A stretch of 64,000 bases of DNA from an uncultured Gemmatimonadales bacterium (GTDB lineage: Bacteria; Gemmatimonadota; Gemmatimonadetes; Longimicrobiales; Longimicrobiaceae): positions 640,001 to 704,000 of the forward strand of contig OY970303.1 of NCBI GenBank assembly GCA_963716255.1. The letters are read 5' to 3'. The notes under the pieces are model-generated. The model saw nothing but the letters and a program-made list of their open reading frames with translations. It ran no database searches and was not told where the DNA came from. Below, piece after piece: positions 47,121-57,758 of the stretch (positions are counted from its first letter, which is position 1; each line of letters opens with the position of its first letter). Both the position numbers and the translations under genes were made by a program.

Positions 47121-47879
47121 TCAGGCCGCGGCGATGCGCCGCAGCGCTTCCGCCACCTCCAGGCGGCCCTCGTAGATCGCCTTGCCCACGATCACGCCGG
47201 CCAGCGCCGCCCCGTCCCGGGCGCGCGCGGCCACCGCCGCCACGTCGTCCACGCCGCGGATCCCGCCGGAAACGATCACCTCCGCCCCGGAGTGCGCCGC
47301 CAGCTCCGCGGACACGTCCAGGTTGGGGCCCAGCATCATCCCGTCCCGCTCGATGTCGGTGTAGACGATGGTGCGCACACCCAGCCCCGCCAGCGAGCGA
47401 CCCAGGTCGAACAGGTCGGCCCCGCTCTCCTCCGTCCAGCCGCGGGTGGCGGGGCGCCGGCCGCGCGCGTCCAGCCCCACCGCGATGCGCTCCGCGCCGA
47501 AGCGCGCCACGGCGCGGCGCACCAGCTCCGGGTCCTCCACCGCCGCCGTGCCGATCACCGCCCGCGCCACCCCGGCCGCGAACACCTCCTCAAGGTCGGC
47601 CTCGGAGCGCAGGCCGCCGCCGGTCTGCACGCGGAGGCCGGAGGACGCGGCGAGATCGCGGATCAGGTCGCGGTTGGAGCCGTGCCCGAAGGCCGCGTCC
47701 AGGTCCACCACGTGCACCCAGCGCGCCCCCGCCGCCGCGAACCCCGCCGCCACCTCGCCCGGGTCGTCGCCGTAGACCGTTTCGCGATCCGCCTCGCCCT
47801 TTTCCAGGCGCACGCAGCGCCCGCGCCGCAGGTCGATGGCCGGGAACAGCTCCACCCGGCTCGACGCCGCCTCACTCAC
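47121..47879 (-). CDS. hisA: ProFAR isomerase HisA
   Basis: PAIDL, HVVDLD, QTGGGLR, YTDIERDG, SGG and GKAIY motifs. Confidence 0.94.
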   Translation of the reverse strand: MSEAASSRVELFPAIDLRRGRCVRLEKGEADRETVYGDDPGEVAAGFAAAGARWVHVVDLDAAFGHGSNRDLIRDLAASSGLRVQTGGGLRSEADLEEVFAAGVARAVIGTAAVEDPELVRRAVARFGAERIAVGLDARGRRPATRGWTEESGADLFDLGRSLAGLGVRTIVYTDIERDGMMLGPNLDVSAELAAHSGAEVIVSGGIRGVDDVAAVAARARDGAALAGVIVGKAIYEGRLEVAEALRRIAAA

Positions 47880-49176
47880 CCGCTTTCTGCGCCGCGGGGG
47901 CCGCCCTGCCGCCGGCCAGGCGCACCGCCGAGGCGGCGCGCTCCATCTTCGCCACCTGCGTGCTCACGGCGCCGCGGTAGCGGGCGCGCGACCCGCCGGG
48001 GACGGGGTCGCCGGTGAGGTACTTGATGGACGACGGGTTGATGGGGCGGCCGTTCTCGTGGAACTCGTAGTGCAGGTGCGGCCCGGTGGAAAGGCCCGTG
48101 GAGCCCACGTAGCCGATCAGGTCGCCCTGGCGCACGCGCACCCCCGGGCGGATCCCCGGCGCGAAGGCGCGCATGTGCGCGTAGCGGCTGGAATACGCGC
48201 TGCGGTGGCGGATCTCCACCACGTTGCCGTAGCCGCCGCCCCACCCCGCCTTCGCGACGGTCCCGTCGCCGACCGCGCGGATGGGGGTGCCCGCCGACGC
48301 CGCGTAGTCGATCCCGTGGTGCGGGCGCGAGCGCTTCAGGATGGGGTGGAAGCGGCCGGTGGAGAACGCCGAGGAGATGCGGCGGAACTCCAGCGGCGCG
48401 CGCAGGAACGCGCGGCGCAGCGACTCGCCGTCGCGGTCGTAGTAGTCCTCCGTGCCGTCCGGCAGGCGGTACCAGAACGCCGAGTGCTCCTTGTCTCCCA
48501 GCTCGAAGAGCGCGCCGATGACGCGCCAGGAGCGCGCGGTGCCGTCCGGGCGCACCTGCCGCTCGTACAGGATGCGGTAGCTGTCGCCGGCGTGCAGGTC
48601 GCGTGAGAAGTCGATCTGCCAGGCGAAGATCTTGTCCGCCAGCAGGTCCACGATGCGCTCCCGCTCCTCGCGCGGCACGTCGGCGCCGCGGGCGTCCATC
48701 ACCGCCTGGTACAGCGACGACTGCACCTCGCCGGCGAGCGCGGCGGTGTCGGTGCGGACCTCCACCTCCTCCACCTCCGCGTCCCAGGCGCCGCCCTCGC
48801 GCTCCACGGAGAGCGTGCGGTCCGCGTCCAGGCTGAACTCCATCCCCCGCACCTCACCGCCCACGAACTTCTTGCGGTACGAGATGGTCGCCCCGGGGCG
48901 CAGGGTGCGCGGGTCCTGCACACCCTGGAGCTCCGCCAGCAGCGCCGCCGCGTCGGCGGCGTCCAGCCGCGAGCGCTCCAGCAGTTCCGAGATCGTCTCG
49001 CCCCGGCGAAGCGTGTCCTGGAACGCCACCTCGGCCGGGTTGGCGTAGGCGACGGGGAGGAGCGACGGCGCGGGCGACGGCTTCTCCTTCTCGGGACGGT
49101 GCATCAGGCCGCCGACGCTCGCGGCGCCCACGGCCGCGAAGAGGCCCAGAGCGAGGAAACGGGAGGGGTTTGCCAT
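47872..49176 (-). CDS. M23-family peptidoglycan DD-endopeptidase (MepM-like)
   Basis: HHGIDY, YAHM and STGPHLHYE motifs; N-terminal membrane anchor. Confidence 0.92.
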   Translation of the reverse strand: MANPSRFLALGLFAAVGAASVGGLMHRPEKEKPSPAPSLLPVAYANPAEVAFQDTLRRGETISELLERSRLDAADAAALLAELQGVQDPRTLRPGATISYRKKFVGGEVRGMEFSLDADRTLSVEREGGAWDAEVEEVEVRTDTAALAGEVQSSLYQAVMDARGADVPREERERIVDLLADKIFAWQIDFSRDLHAGDSYRILYERQVRPDGTARSWRVIGALFELGDKEHSAFWYRLPDGTEDYYDRDGESLRRAFLRAPLEFRRISSAFSTGRFHPILKRSRPHHGIDYAASAGTPIRAVGDGTVAKAGWGGGYGNVVEIRHRSAYSSRYAHMRAFAPGIRPGVRVRQGDLIGYVGSTGLSTGPHLHYEFHENGRPINPSSIKYLTGDPVPGGSRARYRGAVSTQVAKMERAASAVRLAGGRAAPAAQKAGE

Positions 49177-49275
49177 GGAACTACGGATTCGGGTTGTCAC
49201 GATGCGGAGACGTGGAAGCGAAGCGGCGCGGTCCCGCATCGCGGGGCCGCGCCAGGCTTCCGGTGTCACCCGCGG

Positions 49276-50517
49276 TCAGTCCATCTGGCGACGGATGAAG
49301 GTGGGAATCTCCAGGTCGTTGGGCAGCGGCTTCTCCGCCTGGCGCGCGGGCCAGCGGATGGGCGCCGACGGCTGGGGCGGCTCGGCCTGCCGGGTCGCCT
49401 GCGGCTCGGGCGCGGGCTCCTGGCGCGGCGGGTACACCGTGGTGGTGTGGGTCCCCAGCGGCCTCACCTCGGGGCGGGGCTCCGGGCGCGTCGACGGCGA
49501 GGTGCGGAAGTTGGGGCGGATCACGTTGTCCGAGCGGTCCGCGAAGGGCGTCGCGGCGTCCTTCTCGAAGCCGGTGGCGATCACCGTGACCCGCACCTCC
49601 TCCTTCATGCTGCTGTCGTGCACCGCGCCGAAGATGATCTCGGCCTCGTCGCCCGCCGCGTCCTGGATGATGGAGGAGATGGTGGTGACCTCGTCGATCG
49701 CCAGGTCCATCCCGCCGGTGATGTTGATGAGCACCCCGGCCGCGCCGTGGATGGAGATGTTGTCCAGGAGCGGCGACGAGATCGCCTCCTGGGCCGCCTC
49801 CATGGAGCGGTTCTCGCCCCGGCCGAAGCCGGTCCCCATCAGCGCCGTGCCCCGGTTGGACATGATCGTCCGCACGTCGGCGAAGTCCACGTTGACCTCG
49901 CCGGTGACGCGGATCAGGTCCGAGATCCCCTGCGTGGCGTGCAGCAGCACCTCGTCCGCCTTCTTGAGGGCGTCCTTGAACGAGGTCCCCTTCCCCACCA
50001 CCGCCAGCAGCCTCTCGTTGGGCACCACGATCATGGTGTCCACCGCACGCTTCAGCTCGGCGAGCCCCTGCTCCGCCTGGCGCATCCGCTTCTTCCCCTC
50101 GAAAAGAAAGGGGCGGGTGACGATGGCGATGGTGAGCGCGCCCATCTCGCGCGCCATCTCGCCGATGAGCGGTGCGCCGCCCGTCCCCGTCCCGCCGCCC
50201 ATTCCGGCGGTGATGAAGACCAGGTCCGAGCCCTCCAGCGCCTTGCGCACCTCGTCGGCGCTCTCCTCCAGCGCCGCGCGCCCGATGTCCGGGCGCGCGC
50301 CGGCGCCCAGCCCGCGCGTCAGCTTCTTGCCGATCTGGATCTTGACGCCCGACTTGGAGTTCTTGAGCGCCTGCGAGTCGGTGTTCACCGAGATGAACTC
50401 GACGCCCTCCAGGTCCTCGTCGATCATCCGGTTCACCGCGTTCCCACCCCCGCCACCGACACCCACAACCTTCATGCGGGCGTTCTGGATGGCGGACTCC
50501 TCGTACTCAAAGATCAT
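49276..50517 (-). CDS. ftsZ: cell division protein FtsZ
   Basis: [25 protein letters not shown] and C-terminal [10 protein letters not shown]. Confidence 0.98.
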   Translation of the reverse strand: MIFEYEESAIQNARMKVVGVGGGGGNAVNRMIDEDLEGVEFISVNTDSQALKNSKSGVKIQIGKKLTRGLGAGARPDIGRAALEESADEVRKALEGSDLVFITAGMGGGTGTGGAPLIGEMAREMGALTIAIVTRPFLFEGKKRMRQAEQGLAELKRAVDTMIVVPNERLLAVVGKGTSFKDALKKADEVLLHATQGISDLIRVTGEVNVDFADVRTIMSNRGTALMGTGFGRGENRSMEAAQEAISSPLLDNISIHGAAGVLINITGGMDLAIDEVTTISSIIQDAAGDEAEIIFGAVHDSSMKEEVRVTVIATGFEKDAATPFADRSDNVIRPNFRTSPSTRPEPRPEVRPLGTHTTTVYPPRQEPAPEPQATRQAEPPQPSAPIRWPARQAEKPLPNDLEIPTFIRRQMD

Positions 50518-50588
50518 CTTGCTCTTCCTCCGTCCCGGGGGAGGTACGAAACCACGAGAAAAACGTCGAGTGTCCGGCGCCGCTTCGC

Positions 50589-51833
50589 TTAAAAGAAGTC
50601 GGCCAGCCAGTCACGCATCCACCTGATCACGCCGCCCACGGCGGCTCCGCTCGCCGCGCCGCTCCCCGCGTGCTCGGGGACCATCCGCCGCGCGCCGTAC
50701 AGGGTGAGCCCCGTCGCGGTCGCGAACTTGGGGCGCCGGACCGAATCCGACAAGCCTCCCAGCTCCTCGCCGGGGACGCCGGTGCGCACCGGGGCCGCGA
50801 AGGTCCGCTCTGCCAGCTCCAGCATCCCGTGCAGCGACGCCCCCCCGCCGGTGAGCACGATCCCCGCGCCCAGCCGGTCCGCCAGCCCGCTGCGCTGCAC
50901 CTGGTCCTCCACGAGCCCCAGGATCTCGTCCATGCGCTGCTCGATGACGTGGGCCAGGAGCTCGCGCGCGATGTGGCGCGTCTGGCCCGCGGCGGCGCCG
51001 GGGACCTCGAAGGTCTCGTTGGGGTCCACCAGGTCCGCGCGGGCCACCCCCCAGCGCTCCTTGGCGCGCGACGCCTCGGCGTACGGCAGCGACAGGCCCT
51101 TGGCGATGTCGTTGGTCACCGTGGCGCCGCCCCAGGGCAGGGTGGCCAGGTGGCGGATCTTGCGCTCGTGGAAGATCACCACGTCGGTGGTCCCGCCGCC
51201 CAGCTCCACCATCGCCACCCCGATCTCCCGCTCGTCCTCGGAAAGCACGGCCATGGAGGAGGCGATGGGCTCCAGCACCAGCTCGGCCACCTGGTAGCCG
51301 GCGCGCGACACGGCCTTGCGGATGTTCTGCGCGGCGGAGGCGGCGCCGGTGACCAGGAACACCTCGGCCTCCAGCCGCGTCCCGGCCATCCCGGCGGGGT
51401 CGCGGATCCCGCCCTGCCCGTCCACCAGGTACTCCTGGGGGATGGCGTGCAGCAGCTCGCGGTCGGCGGGGATGGGGACGGCGCGCGCCACCTCGTGCAC
51501 CCGGTCGATGTCGCCGGCGGTGATCTCCTGCTTTCCCACCGCGACCACGCCGTGCGAGGCGCGCGCGTGGATGTGCTCCCCGGCGATGCCGGTGAAGAGC
51601 CGGTCCACGGTGACGCCGGCCATCAGCTCGGCTTCCTTGACCGCCTTGCGGACCGACTCGGTGGTGGCCTCGATGTCGGTGACCACCTCGCGGCGGATCC
51701 CCCCCGTCTTCGCCTGCCCCACGCCGAGCACCTTGACGGGGGACCGGTGGGGAGCGTCTCCCGCGACCTCCGCGATGACCACGGCGGTCTTGCTCGATCC
51801 GATGTCGAGGCCGGCAACCAGAGTAGAACGCAT
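50589..51833 (-). CDS. ftsA: cell division protein FtsA
   Basis: [22 protein letters not shown] and C-terminal amphipathic [10 protein letters not shown]. Confidence 0.96.
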   Translation of the reverse strand: MRSTLVAGLDIGSSKTAVVIAEVAGDAPHRSPVKVLGVGQAKTGGIRREVVTDIEATTESVRKAVKEAELMAGVTVDRLFTGIAGEHIHARASHGVVAVGKQEITAGDIDRVHEVARAVPIPADRELLHAIPQEYLVDGQGGIRDPAGMAGTRLEAEVFLVTGAASAAQNIRKAVSRAGYQVAELVLEPIASSMAVLSEDEREIGVAMVELGGGTTDVVIFHERKIRHLATLPWGGATVTNDIAKGLSLPYAEASRAKERWGVARADLVDPNETFEVPGAAAGQTRHIARELLAHVIEQRMDEILGLVEDQVQRSGLADRLGAGIVLTGGGASLHGMLELAERTFAAPVRTGVPGEELGGLSDSVRRPKFATATGLTLYGARRMVPEHAGSGAASGAAVGGVIRWMRDWLADFF

Positions 51834-51842
51834 TCGCAGGGG

Positions 51843-52568
51843 CTACGCGCGGGGCGGATTCGGAAAACGGACGACCACCTGGTCCTGGAAGCGGAGGTCG
51901 ATGCGGACGGGGCCGGCCGGGGCGCGGCGCTCCACGTCGTCGAGCGCGGCGCGCAGCCGCCGCAGGCGGTCGGACCCGGCCCCGACGGGAAGGACGACCC
52001 GGGCGTCGGGGGCGGACACGGAAATCAGGAGCGCGTCCCGGCCGCTCCACTCCACCTCGGACACGCGGGCGAAGAGCCCCGGGTCCAGCTGCCCCAGGCG
52101 GCCCACCTCGGCGGCGAGGGAGCGGACCCGCGCGTCGTGGAGGCGGGTCTGCTTCCCCCCGCGCAGGAGCGGCAGGTCCACCGCGACGCGGGCGGGGTCC
52201 ACCGGGAGCACCTCGCCACGGGCGGTCACCGGGTGGAGCGCGCCGGCCTCCACCAGCCCCACGGGGCGCTTCTCGCGCACCTCGATGCGCAGGGTGGAGG
52301 GGAGCCGGCGCACCACCCGCGCGTCCTCCACGCCGGGGTGGCGGCGGAGCGCGGCGACCCACACCTCCGGGCGGCGCCACACGCTCTCGCCCCGGCGGAT
52401 CCCGGAGGCCGCGAGCACGTCGTGCGGGGCGACCATGCGGGCCCCGGCGACCTCCACGCGCTCCACCCTGAACCAGGGGGTCCGCTCCAGCAGGCGCGGC
52501 CCCCAGAGGGGCGCGGCGAGCACGGCCGGGAGGGCGGCGGCGAGGGCGAGGCGGCGGGCTCTGCGCAT
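51843..52568 (-). CDS. ftsQ: cell division protein FtsQ
   Basis: One TM segment, POTRA-like region and DLRF motif; position before ftsA. Confidence 0.88.
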   Translation of the reverse strand: MRRARRLALAAALPAVLAAPLWGPRLLERTPWFRVERVEVAGARMVAPHDVLAASGIRRGESVWRRPEVWVAALRRHPGVEDARVVRRLPSTLRIEVREKRPVGLVEAGALHPVTARGEVLPVDPARVAVDLPLLRGGKQTRLHDARVRSLAAEVGRLGQLDPGLFARVSEVEWSGRDALLISVSAPDARVVLPVGAGSDRLRRLRAALDDVERRAPAGPVRIDLRFQDQVVVRFPNPPRA

Positions 52569-52573
52569 CCTCG

Positions 52574-53989
52574 TCACGCGGGCGAAGCCGCGCCGGCGAG
52601 GAGGTCGAGCATCTCCCGGGCGGCGGCGTCCAGGTTCCCGGCCCCGAGCGTCAGGCAGAGGTCCCCTTCGGCGAGCTCCGCGGCGACGGCGGCGCCGACG
52701 GACTCCCGCTCGGGGAGGTAGGCCACGTCGGCGCCGGCGGCGCGGGCCGACTCCACCACCATCTCCCCCGTCACCCCGGCGAGCGGCGCCTCGCGCGCCG
52801 CGTACACGTCGGTCACGAACACCCGGTCGGCGAGCGCCAGGGCGCGGCCGAACTCGGCGGCGAAGTCGCGCGTGCGGGAGTACAGGTGCGGCTGGAAGAC
52901 GGCCACGATGCGGCGGTCGGGGTGGGCGCTCCGGGCGGCGCGCAGGGTGGCGTCGATCTCGGTGGGGTGGTGCGCGTAGTCGTCCACGAAGAGCACTCCC
53001 CCGGCTTCGCCCACGCGCTCGAAGCGGCGGTCCACCCCGGCGTACGAGGCCAGCCCCTCCGCCACCGCGTCCCACTCCACCCCCAGGTGCCTCGCCACGG
53101 CAACGGCGGCCAGCGCGTTGCGGACGTTGTGGAGCCCGGGGACCCGGAGCCGTGCCTCGCCCAGGCGCACGCCGCGCTCGCGGACCGCGAACCTCATCTC
53201 CCCGGCATGGTCCCGGACGTCCTCCGCGCGCACCATGGAGCCGGCGCCCAGCCCGTAGGATACGACCTGCCTGCTGCTCCCGCCGATGCGGGCCAGGAGG
53301 CGCCCCGCGCCGTGGTCGTCGGCGCAGCCCGCGACCATGCCGCCGGACGGCACGGAGTCCACGAAGGCGAGGAACGCGTCCTCGATCGCGGCAAGCGAGC
53401 CGTAGATGTCCAGGTGGTCGGCCTCGAGGGTGGTCACGACGGCGATGCCGGGGCGGAGCGTCAGGAACGAGCGGTCGTATTCGTCGGCCTCGACCACGTA
53501 CAGGCGGTCGCCGCCGTGGCGGAGGTTGCCCCCCCACGCGGGGACGCGTCCGCCGACGACACCCGTGGGGTCGAGCCCGGCCGCCGCCAGCACGGTCGTG
53601 GCCAGGGTGGTGGTGGTGGTCTTTCCGTGGGTGCCGGCGATGCCGACGACCTGCGCCCGGTTGACCACCGCCCCGAGCGCCTCGGCGCGCTTCAGCACGG
53701 GGATGCCCAGCGCCCGCGCGGCGGCGATCTCGGGGTGGTCCTGCGGAACGGCGGCGGTCACCACCAGCGCTGCGCACCCCTCCAGGTGGGAGGGATCGTG
53801 CCCCGCGCACACCTCGGCGCCCGCCTCGCGGAGCGCCGCCGCGGCCGGGCCGGGGTGCAGGTCGCACCCCGTGACCCGCGCGCCGGCGCGGAGGAAGAGC
53901 TCGGCCAGGGGAGTCATCCCCGCGCCGCCGATCCCCATGAAATGGATCGGGCCGCGGTCCATGAACTCCGCCGGTTCGAAGGGGCTCAA
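52574..53989 (-). CDS. murC: UDP-N-acetylmuramate--L-alanine ligase
   Basis: GIGGAGM, GTHGKTTT, EADEYD, DDYAHHPTE and FQPHLYSRT motifs. Confidence 0.96.
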   Translation of the reverse strand: MSPFEPAEFMDRGPIHFMGIGGAGMTPLAELFLRAGARVTGCDLHPGPAAAALREAGAEVCAGHDPSHLEGCAALVVTAAVPQDHPEIAAARALGIPVLKRAEALGAVVNRAQVVGIAGTHGKTTTTTLATTVLAAAGLDPTGVVGGRVPAWGGNLRHGGDRLYVVEADEYDRSFLTLRPGIAVVTTLEADHLDIYGSLAAIEDAFLAFVDSVPSGGMVAGCADDHGAGRLLARIGGSSRQVVSYGLGAGSMVRAEDVRDHAGEMRFAVRERGVRLGEARLRVPGLHNVRNALAAVAVARHLGVEWDAVAEGLASYAGVDRRFERVGEAGGVLFVDDYAHHPTEIDATLRAARSAHPDRRIVAVFQPHLYSRTRDFAAEFGRALALADRVFVTDVYAAREAPLAGVTGEMVVESARAAGADVAYLPERESVGAAVAAELAEGDLCLTLGAGNLDAAAREMLDLLAGAASPA

Positions 53990-54026
53990 TATAGTGGCCA
54001 GGTGCTGGGTGGAAAAGGGATTCGGG

Positions 54027-55181
54027 TCATGCGCCCCGCGCGTCCACGAGCCGCGCGAGGTGTTCGGCGATCCGCGCCGCCGCGTCGGGGCGCCCGCGGG
54101 TGCGCGCCCGGGCGGCGAGATCGCCGCGCCGCGCCGGGTCGCCGGCCAGCCCCACCAGCTCGCCCCACAGCCGCCCGCTCCCCAGCTCGGCCTCCTCCAC
54201 CATCACCGCCGCGCCGGCGTCGCGGAGCGCGACCGCGTTGTGGTGCTGGTGGTTGGCGGCGGCGGTGGGGAGCGGCACCAGGATGCTGGGCACCCCCCAG
54301 GCGCACAGCTCGGCGAGCGCCATCGCCCCCGCGCGCGACACCGCCACGTCCGCCGAGGCCAGCGCCCGCGGCATGTCCTGGATGTACGGGGTCGCATGCA
54401 CCCAATCGGCCCCGATCTCCGCCAGGCGCGCGGCGATCCCGTCGTAGTGCGCCGGGCCGGTGGCCCACAGCACCTCGAAGCCCTCGGGGCGCGGCGGGAG
54501 CCGCCCCTCGGCCACGCCGCGCAGGTCGGCCAGCAGCGCCTCGTTGACGGCGCGGGCGCCCTGGCTCCCCCCCACCACCAGCGCCACGGTCCCGCCGCCG
54601 AGCCCGAAAGCGGCGCGCGACTCCGCGCGGTCCAGGGTGGGATCGGGCGGGCGGATGGGGTTGCCGAACTCCAGCACCTCGGTGCGCGCGCCGGGCTTCA
54701 GGTACCGCCTGGCCTCCGGGAACGCAAGGTGGAGCTGGCGGACGCGGCCGGCGAGCAGGCGGGTGACCAGCCCGGGAAAGGAGTTCTGCTCCTGAAGCGC
54801 CGCGGGGACGCCGCGCAGCAGTCCGGCGAGCACGGCGGGGCCGCTGGCGTACCCGCCGGTCCCCACCACCAGGGCGGGACGGAAGTCGCGGTACACCCGC
54901 GACAGCCCCGCGAAGGAGCGGCTCATGGACGGGAGGAGCCGCCAGTTCTCCCATGGGCGCGAGCGGCGGATGGGCTCGAAGGGGAGCAGCAGGTGGGGCA
55001 CGCCCCGCTCCGGGAGGACCCGCGCCTCCACGCCGCGCTGCGCCCCCACGAAGAACACCTCGGTGCGCGGGTCGCGCTCGCGCATGGCCTCGGCGAGCGC
55101 CAGCGCCGGGTACAGGTGCCCCCCGGTGCCGCCGCCCGCGAACAGCACCCGCGGCGCGCCGCCCGCCCCGTGCGCGCTCAT
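54027..55181 (-). CDS. murG: lipid II GlcNAc transferase MurG
   Basis: GGGTGGHLYP, GGY, EQN, GNP, GGSQGA and SRAG motifs. Confidence 0.96.
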   Translation of the reverse strand: MSAHGAGGAPRVLFAGGGTGGHLYPALALAEAMRERDPRTEVFFVGAQRGVEARVLPERGVPHLLLPFEPIRRSRPWENWRLLPSMSRSFAGLSRVYRDFRPALVVGTGGYASGPAVLAGLLRGVPAALQEQNSFPGLVTRLLAGRVRQLHLAFPEARRYLKPGARTEVLEFGNPIRPPDPTLDRAESRAAFGLGGGTVALVVGGSQGARAVNEALLADLRGVAEGRLPPRPEGFEVLWATGPAHYDGIAARLAEIGADWVHATPYIQDMPRALASADVAVSRAGAMALAELCAWGVPSILVPLPTAAANHQHHNAVALRDAGAAVMVEEAELGSGRLWGELVGLAGDPARRGDLAARARTRGRPDAAARIAEHLARLVDARGA

Positions 55182-56389
55182 CGCGGCGCCGCGCGCGAGG
55201 CCCGCGCCACGCTGAGCAGGATCCCCACCGCGGCGAAGGCGGTGAGCAGCGCGCTGCGCCCGTACGACATGAAGGGGAGCGCCACGCCGGTGGTGGGGAG
55301 GAGCGCCAGCGCCACCCCCATGTTGAGGAAGGCGGAAACGGCCACCAGGTTGGTCATCCCCACCGCCAGCAGGTAGCCGAAGCGGTCCGGCGCCCGCGCC
55401 GCGATGCGGTACCCCACCACGGCGAAGCCGGCGAAGAGCGTGACGACGAAGGCGATCCCCAGCAGCCCCCACTCCTCCGCGATCATGGAGAAGATGAAGT
55501 CGTTGTGGGGCTCCGGGAGGAAGCCGAACTTCTGGCGGCTCTCGCCGAAGCCCACCCCGCCGATGCCGCCGGAGCCCACCGCGATCAGCGACTGGCGGAT
55601 CTGGTAGGTGACGCCCGCCGGGTCGGCCGTGGGGTCCAGGAAGGCGATGATCCGCTTCATCCGGTAGCTCGCGCCCTGGATCTGGCTCCACACCACCGGC
55701 ACCGCGACCAGCCCCAGCAGGATGAAGTGCCCGATGCGCGCCCCGCCCGCGAACAGCACCAGCGCCGACAGCAGCGCGATCAGCAGCGCCGCCGACAGGT
55801 TGGGCTGGAGGAAGACGAGCACCACGGCCAGGAGCCACACCACCAGGAACGGCGCGAGCCCCCGGCTCAGCGAGTGCAGGCGGTCCTGCTTCTTCACCGC
55901 CATGGCGGCCGTCCACACGATCAGCGCGATCTTGGCGAACTCGGAGGGCTGGAACTGGACGCCCAGGTCGATCCAGCGGCGCGCGCCGTTGACCCGCGGG
56001 GCGATCGCCTCCGTCCCCGGCAGGATCACCAGCAGGAGGAGGAAGAGCACGGTCGCCAGGATGGGCCAGGCGGCGATGCGGTAGTGCCGGTAGTCGATGC
56101 GCGCGAGAATCGCCGCGCCGGCCGCGCCCATCGCCGCGCCCATCACCTGCCGCACGGCGTAGAAGTGCCCCGGCAGCCCGTCCGACTGGGCCAGGAAGGC
56201 GCTGGCGCTGTAAAGCTCGATCACCCCGAAGGACAGGGCGAGCAGGGTGAGCAGCACCAGCGCGCCCGGCTCCCACCCTTCGGCGCGCTCCCGCCCGGCC
56301 GCCATGGCGTGGCCCCGCGGCGAGATACGCTCCGTCCCCCGGAAGATCCCCGGTACCCGGATCCCCGCCTTATGCGCGATGGTCTGCAT
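55178..56389 (-). CDS. ftsW: SEDS peptidoglycan polymerase FtsW
   Basis: NGARRW, QPSEFAK, LPEPHNDFIF and LPFMSYG motifs. Confidence 0.95.
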   Translation of the reverse strand: MQTIAHKAGIRVPGIFRGTERISPRGHAMAAGRERAEGWEPGALVLLTLLALSFGVIELYSASAFLAQSDGLPGHFYAVRQVMGAAMGAAGAAILARIDYRHYRIAAWPILATVLFLLLLVILPGTEAIAPRVNGARRWIDLGVQFQPSEFAKIALIVWTAAMAVKKQDRLHSLSRGLAPFLVVWLLAVVLVFLQPNLSAALLIALLSALVLFAGGARIGHFILLGLVAVPVVWSQIQGASYRMKRIIAFLDPTADPAGVTYQIRQSLIAVGSGGIGGVGFGESRQKFGFLPEPHNDFIFSMIAEEWGLLGIAFVVTLFAGFAVVGYRIAARAPDRFGYLLAVGMTNLVAVSAFLNMGVALALLPTTGVALPFMSYGRSALLTAFAAVGILLSVARASRAAPR

Positions 56390-57758
56390 CGTTCTCCCGA
56401 GTGACGAGCTCCACGAACCGCTTTCCCCTTTCCTCGTAGCTCCGGAACATGTCGAAGCTGGCGCACGCCGGCGACAGCAGGACCGCGTCCCCCGGCCGGG
56501 CGATCTCCCGCGCCCGGGCCACCACCGCCTCGAAGGGACCGTCCACCCGCTCCAGCGGCACCCGCCCGCGCAGGTCAGCCTCCACCAGCGGCGCCGCCTC
56601 GCCGTAGGCGATCACGGCGCGGACGCCCTCCCCCAGCTCCGGGAGCAGCTCGGTGTACGGCTCGCCCTTGTGCCTGCCGCCCAGCAGCAGGACCGTCGGG
56701 CGGGTCATGCCGCGGACGGCGACGCGCGTGGAGGCGATGTTGGTGGCCTTGCTGTCGTTGACCCACAGCACCCCGTCGACCTCGCCCACCGGCTCCAGCC
56801 GGTGCGGCGGCGCCCGGAAGCCGCGCAGCCCCCGCCGCACCGACTCGGCATCCGCCCCCGCCAGCCGCGCCGCGACCGCCGCGGCCAGGGCGTTGGCGAC
56901 GTTGTGCGGCCCCAGGATGCGCAGCTCGCCCGCGTCCACCAGCCGCTCCTCGGCCCCGTCTTCCAGCCGCAGCACGAGCGCGCCGTCCACGGCCAGGAAG
57001 CCGCCACGCTCGCCGGGTTCCTGCGCGGACGCGACCCGGAAGTAGAAGCGGGTCCCCGGCGCGTCGCCGATCAGCTCCCTGGCGCGCTCGTCCTCGGCGT
57101 TCAGCACCCAGCGGCTCGCAGCGGTCGCGTTGCGGAAGAGGCGCGCCTTGTCGGCGTAGTACGCCTCCACGTCCGGGTACCAGTCCAGGTGGTCGGGCGC
57201 GAGGTTGGTGAGCACCCCGATTGCCGGCGCGAAGTCGCGCGTCATCGCCAGCTGGAAGGAGGACACCTCCACCACCGCGACCTGCGGTGGCACGTCCCTC
57301 AGCGCCAGCTCCGAGAGCGCCGTGCCGATGTTGCCCCCGGCCGGGGCGTCGATCCCGGCCTCCGCCAGCAGCTGCGAGACGAGCGCGGTGACCGTGGTCT
57401 TGCCGTTGGTCCCCGTGATCCCCACCACCGGCGCGTCCAGCTGCCCGAAGGCCAGCTCCACCTCCGCGATCACCGGTACGCCGGCGATGGCCGGGTCCCG
57501 CAACACGGCGGCCGTGGGCGGGATCCCCGGGCTCAGCACGATCACGTCGCACTTCGCCAGCCGGGCCGTGTCGTGTCCTCCCGTCTCCGCCTCGCCGCCC
57601 AGCGCCCGCACCCGCTCCGCCGCCTCGCGCGCCGCCGGGCCGTCGCCCGCGTCGCTGGCGTACACCGTCGCCCCGCGCGCCAGCGCCAGCCGCGCCGCCG
57701 CCAGCCCGCTGCGGGCCAGCCCCAGCACCCCCACGTCCCGGCCGGCGAGGGAGCGCAT
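56370..57758 (-). CDS. murD: UDP-MurNAc-L-Ala--D-glutamate ligase
   Basis: GLARSG, GTNGKTT, EVSSFQL, NDSKATN and SPACASFD motifs. Confidence 0.96.
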   Translation of the reverse strand: MRSLAGRDVGVLGLARSGLAAARLALARGATVYASDAGDGPAAREAAERVRALGGEAETGGHDTARLAKCDVIVLSPGIPPTAAVLRDPAIAGVPVIAEVELAFGQLDAPVVGITGTNGKTTVTALVSQLLAEAGIDAPAGGNIGTALSELALRDVPPQVAVVEVSSFQLAMTRDFAPAIGVLTNLAPDHLDWYPDVEAYYADKARLFRNATAASRWVLNAEDERARELIGDAPGTRFYFRVASAQEPGERGGFLAVDGALVLRLEDGAEERLVDAGELRILGPHNVANALAAAVAARLAGADAESVRRGLRGFRAPPHRLEPVGEVDGVLWVNDSKATNIASTRVAVRGMTRPTVLLLGGRHKGEPYTELLPELGEGVRAVIAYGEAAPLVEADLRGRVPLERVDGPFEAVVARAREIARPGDAVLLSPACASFDMFRSYEERGKRFVELVTRENDADHRA